DNA from: an uncultured bacterium | GTDB lineage: Bacteria; Patescibacteriota; Minisyncoccia; UBA6257; 2-01-FULL-56-20 | Length of the DNA stretch: 64,000 nt | NCBI GenBank assembly: GCA_963696395.1 | Contig: CAVOJZ010000002.1 | Coordinates: 134,433 to 198,432 of the forward strand | Reading direction: 5' to 3' | Shown here: positions 25,332-34,755 of the stretch, piece after piece | Layout of the letters: every line of letters begins with the position of its first letter | Position numbering within the stretch: the first letter of the stretch is position 1 | Made by a program: the position numbers and the translations under genes | The notes under the pieces: model-generated | What the model saw: the letters and a program-made list of their open reading frames with translations, nothing else | The model's database searches: none | What the model was told of the DNA's origin: nothing

Positions 25332-26399
25332 TTATAAAATCACTCCCCCTCCCAGCATCTCCCCAGCTTCCGAATACCAGACAGCCGATTGGCCTGGCGC
25401 AACAAATTTTTGTGGAGCGGCGAATTGCAAAGCATAATTGCCATTTTCAAGGCGTGACAGCACCGCCCGGGAAACGGGTTGGCGATAACGAACGCGGGCA
25501 AAAACAATGAGTTCACTTTCGGAGGGCGCAGCATTAATAAAATTCACTCCGGCAAGTTCGACGCTGCTTCGATAGAGCGCTTCGTTTTCATCCCCTTCGG
25601 CAAGCACCACGGTGTTTGTTGCCGCATCTTTTGAGGCGACATACATCGGCTGGCGTTCGCGCGAACCGACTTTCGGAAACCGAAAGTCGGCATTAATATG
25701 CCGCTGGCCAATCGTATAGAACTCGGCACCGAAATGCTCTCCAATGTTTTCACCTGCAGTTGTAAGGAGTGCCCCTCGTTTTTCCGGAATATAATCCTTC
25801 AGAAAATCATCAATCGAAACCTGCCCTAAAAAGCAGATCCCTTGGGAATCCTTCTTTTCTGCCGTCGGCAAATTTGCCGCGCGGGCCATTTCACGCACAA
25901 CGGGCTTCTTGAAATCTCCGATCGGGAACAGGCAATGTGCGAGCTGGCTTTGTGTGAGCGTCCACAAAAAATATGACTGATCCTTGTTTGTGTCATCCGC
26001 CGCAAAAAGCGAATACATTCCATCGTGCGATGCAAGCTTCACATAATGCCCGGTTGCAACATAGTCCGCTCCCGATTCAATCGCCTTTTCGAGAAATAAC
26101 CCGAATTTGATTTCGCGGTTGCACATCACATCTGGATTCGGCGTGATCCCATGGCGATATCCTTCAACCATATATTCAACCACGCGCTTTTTGTAGGCCT
26201 CTTCAAAATCCCAAACATAAAACGGCACGCCGATGTGCTCCGCAACGCGGCGGGCATCCTCGGCGTCCCGTTCGGCGCAACCGTCCACGTTGTAGCAACG
26301 CATAAACACACCCACGACGTCGTAGCCGCGTTCCTTAAGCAATAATGCAGTGACGGAGCTATCAACTCCGCCGGACATGCCGACAAATACTTTCTTCAT
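25332..26399 (-). CDS. mnmA: tRNA-specific 2-thiouridylase MnmA
   Basis: PP-loop VFVGMSGGVDSSV. Catalytic Cys region. Start set at MKKVFVG (the ORF extends to 26468). Confidence 0.9.
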   Translation of the reverse strand: MKKVFVGMSGGVDSSVTALLLKERGYDVVGVFMRCYNVDGCAERDAEDARRVAEHIGVPFYVWDFEEAYKKRVVEYMVEGYRHGITPNPDVMCNREIKFGLFLEKAIESGADYVATGHYVKLASHDGMYSLFAADDTNKDQSYFLWTLTQSQLAHCLFPIGDFKKPVVREMARAANLPTAEKKDSQGICFLGQVSIDDFLKDYIPEKRGALLTTAGENIGEHFGAEFYTIGQRHINADFRFPKVGSRERQPMYVASKDAATNTVVLAEGDENEALYRSSVELAGVNFINAAPSESELIVFARVRYRQPVSRAVLSRLENGNYALQFAAPQKFVAPGQSAVWYSEAGEMLGGGVIL

Positions 26400-26487
26400 C
26401 GAAAATAGTATGCCAGAACCTGCGACTTCTGTCACCTCTGCGGGTCGCGCTTGACAATATATAAGCAAATGCTAATATCTTTATATT

Positions 26488-27105
26488 ATGGATTATTCAA
26501 AACCGGCGGATGCGACGAGGATACAAAAAACGATCGAAGCGCTCAAGACGCATGGTTTTGATGCAGAACTCGCAGAAACACGACAGGATGCGCTCGCACG
26601 GATTAAGGGGCTTATCCCGGAAGGCGCGAGCGTCATGACCGGAAGTTCAACCACGCTGAACGAAATCGGCTTCACGGATTATCTCAAAGCCGGCAAACAC
26701 GGCTGGAATAACCTGAAAGAATCCATAGCTCAAGAAAAGGATCCCGTCCGACAGGGTGCTCTCCGCAAGCAGGCGGTTCTCGCGGAATATTTTCTTGGCA
26801 GTGTTCATGCCGTTACGGAAACCGGCGAACTGGTAACCGCATCCGGTTCCGGCAGTCAACTCCCCTCCTATGCCTATACAAGCCCTAATGTCATCTGGGC
26901 GGTTGGAACACAAAAGATCGTCCCGAATCTCGACGAAGCGATAAAACGAATCCGTGAATATACGTTCCCGCTTGAAGACGCTCGCATGAAAAGCGTTGGC
27001 GCAAAAGGCAGCAATCTTTCAAAAATACTTATTCAAAACAACGAGGCCTCGTTTACGGGCAGAAAGTTGAGATTGATTTTTATCAACGAAAAACTTGGAT
27101 TCTAA
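26488..27105 (+). CDS. LUD-domain (LutC/YkgG-like, DUF162) protein
   Basis: Overall resemblance to lactate-utilization LutC/YkgG family. Motif-level only. Confidence 0.55.
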   Translation: MDYSKPADATRIQKTIEALKTHGFDAELAETRQDALARIKGLIPEGASVMTGSSTTLNEIGFTDYLKAGKHGWNNLKESIAQEKDPVRQGALRKQAVLAEYFLGSVHAVTETGELVTASGSGSQLPSYAYTSPNVIWAVGTQKIVPNLDEAIKRIREYTFPLEDARMKSVGAKGSNLSKILIQNNEASFTGRKLRLIFINEKLGF

Positions 27106-27115
27106 GCCTTGCGCT

Positions 27116-27679
27116 TTATACCCGCTCCACGTAATCGCCGGTCTGCGTATTGATGCGAATGGTTTCGCCTTCGTTCACGAACAACGGGACGTTCACCTTT
27201 GCACCACCTTCGATGGTCACCGACTTGGTTCCGCCTTGTGCGGTGTTGCCCTTCGTTGACGGAGGAGCTTCGATCACTTTGAAATCCATTTTCACCGGGA
27301 TATCAATCTTGATGACTTTGTCATTAAAAACCATGGTCTGCACTTTGGTGTTCGGCTTCAGAAACTGGCCCTGCTCGCCAACAAGTTCCGCACTCAACGA
27401 AAAACGATTCTTGGGATTCCCCTCTTCGTGGAACCAATATTCGCCTTTGCTCGCGTAGATAAACATCGCGCTCTGCTTGCTGATTTCCGCTTCTTCAAAC
27501 GAATCGCTGGCCTGGAAATTGCGGTCTAAAAGTTTACCGGTGATCAAATTCCGGATTCTGGTTTGTACAACAGCTTTGCGCTGTTGCATGCGCAAAAAGT
27601 GCGTTTCGATAACTTCATAGGGCGCGCCGTCCATGATGAATAAAACGCCTTTGGTGAGATCGGTATATGCGAGTGCCAT
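27116..27679 (-). CDS. efp: Elongation factor P
   Basis: MALAYTDLTKGVLFIMDGAPYEV...KAVVQTRIRNLITG; three OB/KOW-like domains, 187 aa. Confidence 0.95.
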   Translation of the reverse strand: MALAYTDLTKGVLFIMDGAPYEVIETHFLRMQQRKAVVQTRIRNLITGKLLDRNFQASDSFEEAEISKQSAMFIYASKGEYWFHEEGNPKNRFSLSAELVGEQGQFLKPNTKVQTMVFNDKVIKIDIPVKMDFKVIEAPPSTKGNTAQGGTKSVTIEGGAKVNVPLFVNEGETIRINTQTGDYVERV

Positions 27680-27773
27680 AACGAATACGATTATAGCATA
27701 TAAAAAAATATCGGCAACCGGATACGGAAAACCAAAAACCGCCCTTATTCAAGGCGGCTTCCGAGAAAACAGA

Positions 27774-28094
27774 TTAGTTTTCGTTGAGTCCGGGATCCCG
27801 ATCCGTCGGGCGTTCGGCGCGAGGAGCGCGCGAGCCGCCTTCCGGCTCTTCGATCTTGAGATTCACGCGGGCGTTATTCTTAACGCCGACGATCCGCAAA
27901 AGCGACCGGATGGATTTTGCAGTCATGCCCTGACGGCCGACCACCTGACCCATATCCATCGGATTCACGTGCAACGAGAGCAACACTCCCATCTCGTCAA
28001 CCTTGCGGTCAACTTTCACATCATCCGGATGGTCCACGAGTGATTTTACCAAATACTCGAGGAATTCCTGATCCGCTGAAGATGAATTCGCCAT
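27774..28094 (-). CDS. KH-domain RNA-binding protein (YlqC/UPF0109-like) with basic C-terminal tail
   Basis: KH GxxG motif VVGRQGMTAKSIRSLLRIVG. Lies immediately downstream of rpsP, as in the canonical rpsP-ylqC-rimM cluster. Confidence 0.75.
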   Translation of the reverse strand: MANSSSADQEFLEYLVKSLVDHPDDVKVDRKVDEMGVLLSLHVNPMDMGQVVGRQGMTAKSIRSLLRIVGVKNNARVNLKIEEPEGGSRAPRAERPTDRDPGLNEN

Positions 28095-28196
28095 AGAATT
28101 TCAGTATTTCTAACGACCTTTCAATCGGTTTATGTGAAGACAGTATAACCCATATTTGACCAACTGTCAAGTCCCCGTTTTAGGGCTCACCTTATA

Positions 28197-28544
28197 CTAC
28201 GCAGCAGGAGTGGTTTCAGTTGCACCCTCAGCCGGAGCGGCTGTTTTTGGTGCTTCCGCCTCTGGAGCCTTTGCTTCTGGCTTATTCATTTTTACAGCAA
28301 CTTTGGTGCCTGCCACCACCTTTTGCTCGACGAGCAGGTTGTGGACGGAAACCGTGGGCTGGGCACCCATCTTGATCCAATAGGAAATACGCTCCTTATT
28401 GAGAGAAGAGGTTTTCGTGAAAGGATTATATGATCCGAGATCCTCCACCGGGGGTCCCGCCATCTTTGAACGCCGTTCGGCAACAACAAACCGATAGCTC
28501 GGCTGATGCTTCTTGCCTACGCGTTGTAACTTGATTGCCAACAT
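28197..28544 (-). CDS. rpsP: 30S ribosomal protein S16 with C-terminal Ala/Pro/Glu-rich extension
   Basis: MLAIKLQRVGKKHQPSYRFVVAERRSKMAGPPVEDLGSYNP... Confidence 0.9.
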   Translation of the reverse strand: MLAIKLQRVGKKHQPSYRFVVAERRSKMAGPPVEDLGSYNPFTKTSSLNKERISYWIKMGAQPTVSVHNLLVEQKVVAGTKVAVKMNKPEAKAPEAEAPKTAAPAEGATETTPAA

Positions 28545-28593
28545 GGGTAATAGTATATGCGAAACGAAGGGATTTCGTCAAATTGCGGGCTGC

Positions 28594-29280
28594 CTAGTCT
28601 GCCTGCCGGATAACGAGCTCCCCGCTCGGAACATCCAGGAGTAAGTTGCCCACAATCTTCCCGGCCACAGAGGCAGGTGTCATATAAGTGCCGATGTCCG
28701 CCGGTTTCTGCTCGTCAAAGAGATCGGTCTGCATCCGTGCCGGATAAACGCCGATAAGGCTGATGGAGCTGCCTTCAATTTCTAATTGCAGTGATTTCGT
28801 GAACCCGGTCGCGGCATATTTGCTGGCGCAATAGGCCGAATCCTGGGCCTTCGCCGCAAGACCGCTCGTTGAAAGAATATTCACAATGATCCCTGTCCCC
28901 TGCTTCTTCATCTGCGCAAGCGCAGCTCGTGAACCATACATAGTCCCGAACACGTTTACCTCCATCACTTGATGCACTCGTTTCATGTCGAGTTCTTCGA
29001 CCGGTTCATGAGGAATCCATATCCCGGCATTGTTCACCCAAATATCAAGTCGGCCAAATTTTTCGATCGTTCTCGAAACCAGCTGATTAATATCTTGCTC
29101 GTTCGTCACGTCGGCAAGGATACCCGTGGCGCCCACCTCGGTCGCGACACTTGCAACCTCTGCTTCATCTTTCCCACTCACAACAACGGTTGCTCCTTCC
29201 TTTATGAAAGCCTCTGCGAGCGCTTTGCCGAGTCCTTTTGTCGAACCTGTGACCACAACGACTTTTCCTTTCACAATCAT
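28594..29280 (-). CDS. SDR-family short-chain dehydrogenase/reductase
   Basis: TGSTKGLGKALAEAF Rossmann motif. NNAG. Catalytic S...YxxxK (YCASKYA). Confidence 0.85.
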   Translation of the reverse strand: MIVKGKVVVVTGSTKGLGKALAEAFIKEGATVVVSGKDEAEVASVATEVGATGILADVTNEQDINQLVSRTIEKFGRLDIWVNNAGIWIPHEPVEELDMKRVHQVMEVNVFGTMYGSRAALAQMKKQGTGIIVNILSTSGLAAKAQDSAYCASKYAATGFTKSLQLEIEGSSISLIGVYPARMQTDLFDEQKPADIGTYMTPASVAGKIVGNLLLDVPSGELVIRQAD

Positions 29281-29377
29281 AAAAAAATCATAACTCCGTT
29301 CCGTTGTTTTAACAATGAAAAATCCGGCGCTTTAGGATGCCGGACTTTTCAAATCGAACTTTAGGCGCGATATGAAA

Positions 29378-30064
29378 CTATCGCGTCTCGGTATGATCGC
29401 GAAGGCGACCAATGAGATGATTCGCGTAATCCTTTCCGCCGAGACCGAAGGCCAATCCACCCGCGAGGGCGAGCATGGCGATGAATCCGGTCACGAGCGT
29501 CTGGATGATCGTTGCCGCAATGTTCAATTGCTGCAAAGCCGCGAGCAATCCAAACACGACAACCGCCCACCACGTGAGTGAGCCAAGGAACTGCGCCGAG
29601 CGCAATTTTGCGCTCAAAACCGATGCAATCACGATGCGGCGCAGGAAGTTCGCGAGCACGAGTGCCGCGAGCATAATGAGCACCGCTGCGATCACGCTCT
29701 GCCACAGGTACGTGACCACGCTCGTCAGGAACAATGAGAACGTATACAACCCGAGCGACTGGGTCACGGCAAGCAGGAACGAAATCACGACAAACCAGTA
29801 CACCAACCGACCGAGAAAATACGAAGCGCGCATGCGCAATCCGGCCCGCTCAAAAAACGGCTTCAATCCAAGTTTTTCGAGGAACTGATCGAGATGAAGG
29901 CCTTCAAATATTTTCTCGACGAGGGCACCGAGCCCTGCGGCCACGATGAGACCGACGATCAATACGATAATCGCGGCGATAAGATTCGGAACGAAATTCG
30001 CAAACCCGAGCCAAAGATTCTGGAGGGATCCAACGATCACATCCGTCCAATTCTGCACAATCAT
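29378..30064 (-). CDS. Polytopic membrane protein with repeated conserved-TM-helix segments (mechanosensitive-channel-like, tentative)
   Basis: 228 aa with at least 5 TM helices and repeated LxxxFxxxVxxxxLxL-type helices. Family assignment uncertain. Confidence 0.4.
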   Translation of the reverse strand: MIVQNWTDVIVGSLQNLWLGFANFVPNLIAAIIVLIVGLIVAAGLGALVEKIFEGLHLDQFLEKLGLKPFFERAGLRMRASYFLGRLVYWFVVISFLLAVTQSLGLYTFSLFLTSVVTYLWQSVIAAVLIMLAALVLANFLRRIVIASVLSAKLRSAQFLGSLTWWAVVVFGLLAALQQLNIAATIIQTLVTGFIAMLALAGGLAFGLGGKDYANHLIGRLRDHTETR

Positions 30065-30144
30065 AAGGTTAACAAGTTATTTGTCTTAAATTCCGACCTT
30101 TGGAAGTCACCTTCTGGACTTTCATTTAGTATACCAAACTGACG

Positions 30145-30268
30145 TGGTGGACTCAGCGAGAATCGGACTCGCGCCTCCGCAATGCGAATGCGGACACAGC
30201 TCTCAATTTCGTTTACCTTATTGTGGACTCAGCGAGAATCGGACTCGCGCCTCCGCAATGCGAATGCG
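30145..30268. repeat. Two identical 47-bp direct repeats separated by a 30-bp unique segment (hairpin-repeat family 2)
   Basis: GTGGACTCAGCGAGAATCGGACTCGCGCCTCCGCAATGCGAATGCGG at 30145-30191 and 30222-30268. Each contains two hairpins (GCGAG-AATCGGA-CTCGC and CCGCA-ATGCGAA-TGCGG). Confidence 0.6.
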
Positions 30269-30532
30269 GCGTAATACCACTTTACTATGAGCCCAGCTTC
30301 TGAGGCTAATAGTAAACGAAATTGAGAGCGTTTTAAACTGCTTATCGCGCGCCTTCGGCGCGACCCACTTTAATATGAGCCCGAGCGAGGAAAGAATATG
30401 CGCGTTGCGCGTATATTCTTTACGAGCGAGGGAGGCATATGGCCGAAGGCCATATGAGCCCGAGCATCAATGGCGCCAGCCATATGAGCCCGAGCGAGTT
30501 TCAGAATAACACCTCTCGCGCGACCTTTCAAA

Positions 30533-32767
30533 TCATTCCGCCGGCACAGCCGGTGCGGCAACCGCTTCAGCCGCTTCGAGCTTCAGCGAGATAATTTTTG
30601 AACTGCCGTCTTCGGCAAGGGTAACGCCGTACAAGATCTCGGCGGCCTCCATGGTGGCTCGGTTGTGCGTCACGACAATAAATTGCGTCCGTTTGGAAAA
30701 ATCCTTCAACATTTCGCCGAACCTGCGCGCATTGCGTTCATCGAGCGGCGCATCAATCTCGTCGAGGACGAGAAACGGCGGCGGGCTCACCGACACCATC
30801 GCAAAGAGCGCCGCGATACCGACCAAACTTCGCTCGCCACCGGAAAGCACATCGAGAGAGGTCGTTTTCTTTCGCGGCAACTTCACCTCAATTTCCACCC
30901 CACCGACACGTTCGGGAAGATTATTCGCTTCCTCTTCTGCTGCGGCTTCCTTTTTTTCGAATTCAGTCAGGTCGGCATTCGCCTCACCATCTTCTTCCTC
31001 TTCGAGGGCTTCCCCTTTTGGCTTCAACACCTTGAGCCGCGCGGTGCCCCCACCGAACATAAGGCTGAAAAATTTATCGAATTCATCGTTGATTTTCGAC
31101 AATGATTTTTCGAATTCCGATTTTATCTTATCCGAGAGATCAACCATAAGAGTCCGCAAATCATTCACGGCTTTCGTAAGATCTTCGGATTCCTTGCGCA
31201 AGAATTCATAGCGGGTTTCTGTGTCGGTCGCCTCCTTCATGAGCGACTCATCAACCTCTCCGATGCTCGCGAGGTCACCGCGCAGGCGGAAAATACGCCG
31301 CTCCATTTCATTAAAATCAACGCCAGGGCCTACCGGCGCGGCATCCCGAAATTCATCGGCGCGACGGCCGGCCTGGTCGATTTGATGCAAAACTTCTTCA
31401 CGCCGCAGATCAATGCGCTCTTTTTGGAGAAGCAATTCGCGATTTCCTTTCTCCCACTCATCAAGACGCCCCTGTGAATTCTGAACGTCGGCGACGGCAC
31501 CTTTAAAATTCTTGTAAAATTCCTCCTGACCATGTTCGAGTGATCTCTCCCGCTCCCGAAGGGCGGTAATCCCGCTTTCGAGGCTCTGTAAATCCTTCGC
31601 GGTTTTTTCGAGGTCGCGGCGAAGAGAATCGGGCACGGCCGCCGGTTTTTCATCCCGCTCTTCAAGGGCGAAACCGATCTCTTCAAGCACGGTTTCAATA
31701 GCCGCCTGCACGCCAAGCGGTTCCTCATTCAAAGCCTCCTCAAGCTCTGATTTTATCTTTTGCAAAACATCAACAAAATGTTCCACCGAGCGATCGCTCC
31801 TTGATACGCCCGATTTTTTTGCCATTTCAATCTGCGCCTCAATACGGCCGAGATCTTTTTGGAGATCGCTCCTTGATTCCGAAAGGGTGCGAATCTCGTC
31901 TTTTATTTTTTGGAGTTCTTTGCGTTCCTCCGGCTGGCTAGCCTCAATGGCCGCCTGTCTCGTTTCCGCCGCCTTTTTCTGCCTATCCAAGTGCTCGAAT
32001 TCCTTTTGATGTTCTTCCATTTTAGCCGCAACGGCTGAGGCCTTTTCGTGCAATTCGCGAAGGTGTGATCCGAAGAAATGTCCTTCGAGTGTCTTGAGTT
32101 CTTCCTGAAGAGCCCCGCGGCGCTCCCAGCGTCCTGTCTGCCGTTTTAACGATCGAAGGTGAGGCAAAATCTCCTCGATAAGCGCAGTGACTTTGTCGAG
32201 GTTTATTTTACTGTTTTTTAACCTTCGCTCAGCGTCGGCATATTTCAGCTGGTATTCCCGAAGTCCAAGAATCTCCTCTATCATCTCCCTCCTTTCGAGC
32301 GGCGTTGAACGGATAAAAAGGTCGCTATCCCCCTGACCAATGATGATAAGACCCCGGCTGCCGAGACGGGCTTTTGCAAAAAAATCTATCAGGTCACGGA
32401 GCAGAATCTCCGATTTGTTTAAAAAATATTTGCTTTGGCCGTCGCGACGAATCTCACGGGAAACCACCACCTCCTCAAAATCCACCGGGAAAAATTTATT
32501 CTTGTTTTCAAAGTGGAGACTGGCGCTTGCCATGCCCACCCGGGGCCGCTTCACGGTTCCCGAAAAAATCAGGTCTTCCACCTTTGCCCCGCGAAGATTT
32601 TTTGCATCGCGCTCACCGAGGAGCCACCGTAAAGCATCCACAATGTTGGACTTTCCCGAACCATTCGGCCCGACGATCGCGACGATGCCGGCAGGAAATT
32701 CCAGAACCGTCTTTCCCGCGAAAGATTTGAATCCATTCACTTCAAGTCGTTTCAGAAAATGTGGCAT
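30533..32767 (-). CDS. smc: SMC-family chromosome segregation ATPase (short, 744 aa; no obvious hinge domain)
   Basis: N-terminal Walker A FKSFAGKTVLEFPAGIVAIVGPNGSGKSNIVDALRWLLGE. Long coiled coil. C-terminal signature LSGGERSLVGIAALFA and Walker B FLVLDEIDAPLD, then QFIVVTHNRATM. Confidence 0.8.
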   Translation of the reverse strand: MPHFLKRLEVNGFKSFAGKTVLEFPAGIVAIVGPNGSGKSNIVDALRWLLGERDAKNLRGAKVEDLIFSGTVKRPRVGMASASLHFENKNKFFPVDFEEVVVSREIRRDGQSKYFLNKSEILLRDLIDFFAKARLGSRGLIIIGQGDSDLFIRSTPLERREMIEEILGLREYQLKYADAERRLKNSKINLDKVTALIEEILPHLRSLKRQTGRWERRGALQEELKTLEGHFFGSHLRELHEKASAVAAKMEEHQKEFEHLDRQKKAAETRQAAIEASQPEERKELQKIKDEIRTLSESRSDLQKDLGRIEAQIEMAKKSGVSRSDRSVEHFVDVLQKIKSELEEALNEEPLGVQAAIETVLEEIGFALEERDEKPAAVPDSLRRDLEKTAKDLQSLESGITALRERERSLEHGQEEFYKNFKGAVADVQNSQGRLDEWEKGNRELLLQKERIDLRREEVLHQIDQAGRRADEFRDAAPVGPGVDFNEMERRIFRLRGDLASIGEVDESLMKEATDTETRYEFLRKESEDLTKAVNDLRTLMVDLSDKIKSEFEKSLSKINDEFDKFFSLMFGGGTARLKVLKPKGEALEEEEDGEANADLTEFEKKEAAAEEEANNLPERVGGVEIEVKLPRKKTTSLDVLSGGERSLVGIAALFAMVSVSPPPFLVLDEIDAPLDERNARRFGEMLKDFSKRTQFIVVTHNRATMEAAEILYGVTLAEDGSSKIISLKLEAAEAVAAPAVPAE

Positions 32768-32775
32768 GGCCGTAT

Positions 32776-33480
32776 TTAATCCTGCTTTTTTAGCGCATTT
32801 TTTGCCGCCTCAAGTTCCGCTTCCTGTTTCGAAGTCCCCTTTCCCTCGGCAATCAGTTTTTCACCAAAATAAACGCCCATCGTAAAAACCCGCTTGTGCG
32901 GCGGCCCCGATTCATCGAGGACTTTGTAGGTGGGCGTCATCTTCATCCGTTCCTGCACAAACTCCTGCAGCTCGCTCTTTGCATCGCGATAACTTTTTGT
33001 TTTCAAAACCTCATCGAGATTATTCATTACAAATTTTGCGACAAACGGTCGCGTAGCCTCGAAACCCTGATCGATGTACATAGCACCAATAAGCGCTTCC
33101 ATGGCATTCGCAAGAATCACCTCGCGGGCTTTCCCGGTATCTTTCTTTTCCCCACGCGACATCAAAATGAATTGCTGGAGGCCTATATGCTCCGCCACTT
33201 TCGCAAGGATCTGATAATTGACCAGCGCCGCACGCAACACCGTAAGCTGGCCTTCAGGATATTCCGGAAATTTTTCAAAAAGCTCTTCCGATACCAAAAG
33301 TTCGAGAACGGCATCACCCAGATATTCAAGGCGCTCGTTATGCGGCAAGCGCCATCTCGGAAATTCATTCAAATACGACCGATGCGTGAGTGCTTCGGTC
33401 AATAAATCTTCGTTCTTAAATGTTATACCTATGGTTTTTGCGAGCGCATCATGCGCTGTCAAAGCAGAATTCCGCGTCAT
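32776..33480 (-). CDS. rnc: Ribonuclease III
   Basis: RNase III signature ERLEYLGDAVLELLVSEELF plus C-terminal dsRBD. Confidence 0.95.
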   Translation of the reverse strand: MTRNSALTAHDALAKTIGITFKNEDLLTEALTHRSYLNEFPRWRLPHNERLEYLGDAVLELLVSEELFEKFPEYPEGQLTVLRAALVNYQILAKVAEHIGLQQFILMSRGEKKDTGKAREVILANAMEALIGAMYIDQGFEATRPFVAKFVMNNLDEVLKTKSYRDAKSELQEFVQERMKMTPTYKVLDESGPPHKRVFTMGVYFGEKLIAEGKGTSKQEAELEAAKNALKKQD

Positions 33481-33482
33481 AG

Positions 33483-33938
33483 TTAGGATTTGCCCGCCGG
33501 CGCCTCACCCGCCAGCTTCTTTTCGTTCACTTCCCGATAGATAGTGCCAAGCACGCCATTGATGAAACGCGCCGCGTTCGGGCCGCCGTAATTTTTTGCG
33601 AGTTCAATGGATTCGTTAATGGCAACCTTCGGTGGCACCTCTTCCGGGTCGGCGTATAACAACTCATAAAGACCAATGCGGAGAATGTTGCGGTCGATGA
33701 TTGCGATTTTATCGAGCGGCCACTCCGGGGCAGCTTTTCGGATGATATTATCAATGTCGCGAAGGTGCTCGGCGACGCCCTGGAGGATTTTCCAGCCAAA
33801 TTCGGGCTCATCCACTCCGGGGGCGAATTCGGCCATGTTCCGTTCAAGAATCTCGGTTATGTCCTTTTTTTGTTTATAAAAATCCCACTCATAGAGTGAT
33901 TGGAGTACTACTGTTCGGATGAGATGCCGGGTGGCCAT
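33483..33938 (-). CDS. nusB: Transcription antitermination factor NusB
   Basis: MATRHLIRTVVLQSLYEWDF... NusB fold. Start set at the internal Met because the longer ORF would overlap rpmF. Confidence 0.8.
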   Translation of the reverse strand: MATRHLIRTVVLQSLYEWDFYKQKKDITEILERNMAEFAPGVDEPEFGWKILQGVAEHLRDIDNIIRKAAPEWPLDKIAIIDRNILRIGLYELLYADPEEVPPKVAINESIELAKNYGGPNAARFINGVLGTIYREVNEKKLAGEAPAGKS

Positions 33939-33978
33939 GGAAAGAGCTATATCTGCAAGGAACAACGAACTGAAACCA

Positions 33979-34131
33979 TTATTTCTTGCCGCATTGTGGA
34001 CAGGCACGATGCGCAAGCTTGGGTGCGCCGCAGTTTTTGCAAACAAACAGGCGCTGTTTCTTCATTGCCAAATGCGATCGACGCCGACCGACTTTTCCTT
34101 TTGTGTGATGTTTAAGTGGTACGCCTCCCAT
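33979..34131 (-). CDS. rpmF: 50S ribosomal protein L32
   Basis: Hand translation: MGGVPLKHHTKGKVGRRRSHLAMKKQRLFVCKNCGAPKLAHRACPQCGKK (50 aa, zinc ribbon CxxC...CxxC). Below the 60-aa cutoff of the ORF track. Confidence 0.7.
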   Translation of the reverse strand: MGGVPLKHHTKGKVGRRRSHLAMKKQRLFVCKNCGAPKLAHRACPQCGKK

Positions 34132-34145
34132 ATGAATTAATACGT

Positions 34146-34754
34146 TTATTGTACTTTTTGGGCCAGAAAAGTCAACCGATGCGCCGCAGTCGGCCCAAAA
34201 CGACGAATCGCCGCTAGGTGTACCTTTGTTCCATACCCCTTATGGATTTCAAACCCGTATTCGGGATATTTTTTGCCAAGCCGGCGCATGAAGTTATCAC
34301 GGGCAACTTTCGCAACAATAGAAGCCACGGCAACCGCACGAATTTTTTCGTCCCCCTTTATAACCGTCTTTGCATTTGAGGGCTGGCTCGCCCGGTTTTT
34401 CAAATAAAGACCGCCATCGAGGAAAATTTTGGTTTTGCCTAATTTCCCGCGTGATAGTGCCTGCTTTCTTGCCAACCTCGAAAACGCCCGATGAGCAGCA
34501 AGATTCGCAGCCTGCGATATATTCAAGATCTCAATCTGGCGCGGGTATACCCGTGCGACAGCATAGGTTATATGTGAATTATTCTTAAAATATGAAAACC
34601 ATGCCTCGCGCTGCTTTGCGCTCAATTTTTTAGAATCTTTTAATTTCCCGAGTTTGGGATTTTTGAAATTTCCCCGCACCATGGCGGCTACTACAACAAC
34701 CGGACCCGCCAGGCATCCCCGGCCAACTTCATCTATTCCGACGATCCGTTCCAT
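34146..34754 (-). CDS. rnhB: Ribonuclease HII
   Basis: MERIVGIDEVGRGCLAGPVVVAA... with DEVGRG catalytic motif. Start set at MERIVG. Confidence 0.9.
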   Translation of the reverse strand: MERIVGIDEVGRGCLAGPVVVVAAMVRGNFKNPKLGKLKDSKKLSAKQREAWFSYFKNNSHITYAVARVYPRQIEILNISQAANLAAHRAFSRLARKQALSRGKLGKTKIFLDGGLYLKNRASQPSNAKTVIKGDEKIRAVAVASIVAKVARDNFMRRLGKKYPEYGFEIHKGYGTKVHLAAIRRFGPTAAHRLTFLAQKVQ

Positions 34755-34755
34755 C

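Noticed and set aside
30145-30268. Possible mini-CRISPR array (two 47-bp repeats with a 30-bp spacer)
   Set aside because: Only two repeat units. The repeat is at the extreme upper length for CRISPR and contains two internal hairpins. No cas genes in the window. A third partial copy occurs elsewhere (63111) next to a tRNA, which fits a dispersed hairpin-repeat family rather than CRISPR.
30651-31211. 186-aa and 146-aa plus-strand ORFs inside the SMC gene
   Set aside because: Antisense to the SMC coiled-coil region. The SMC call is supported by head-domain motifs at both ends.
33483-34046. 187-aa NusB with long N-terminal extension
   Set aside because: The extension overlaps a clear L32 (rpmF) reading frame on the same strand. 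NusB start moved to the internal Met at 33938.
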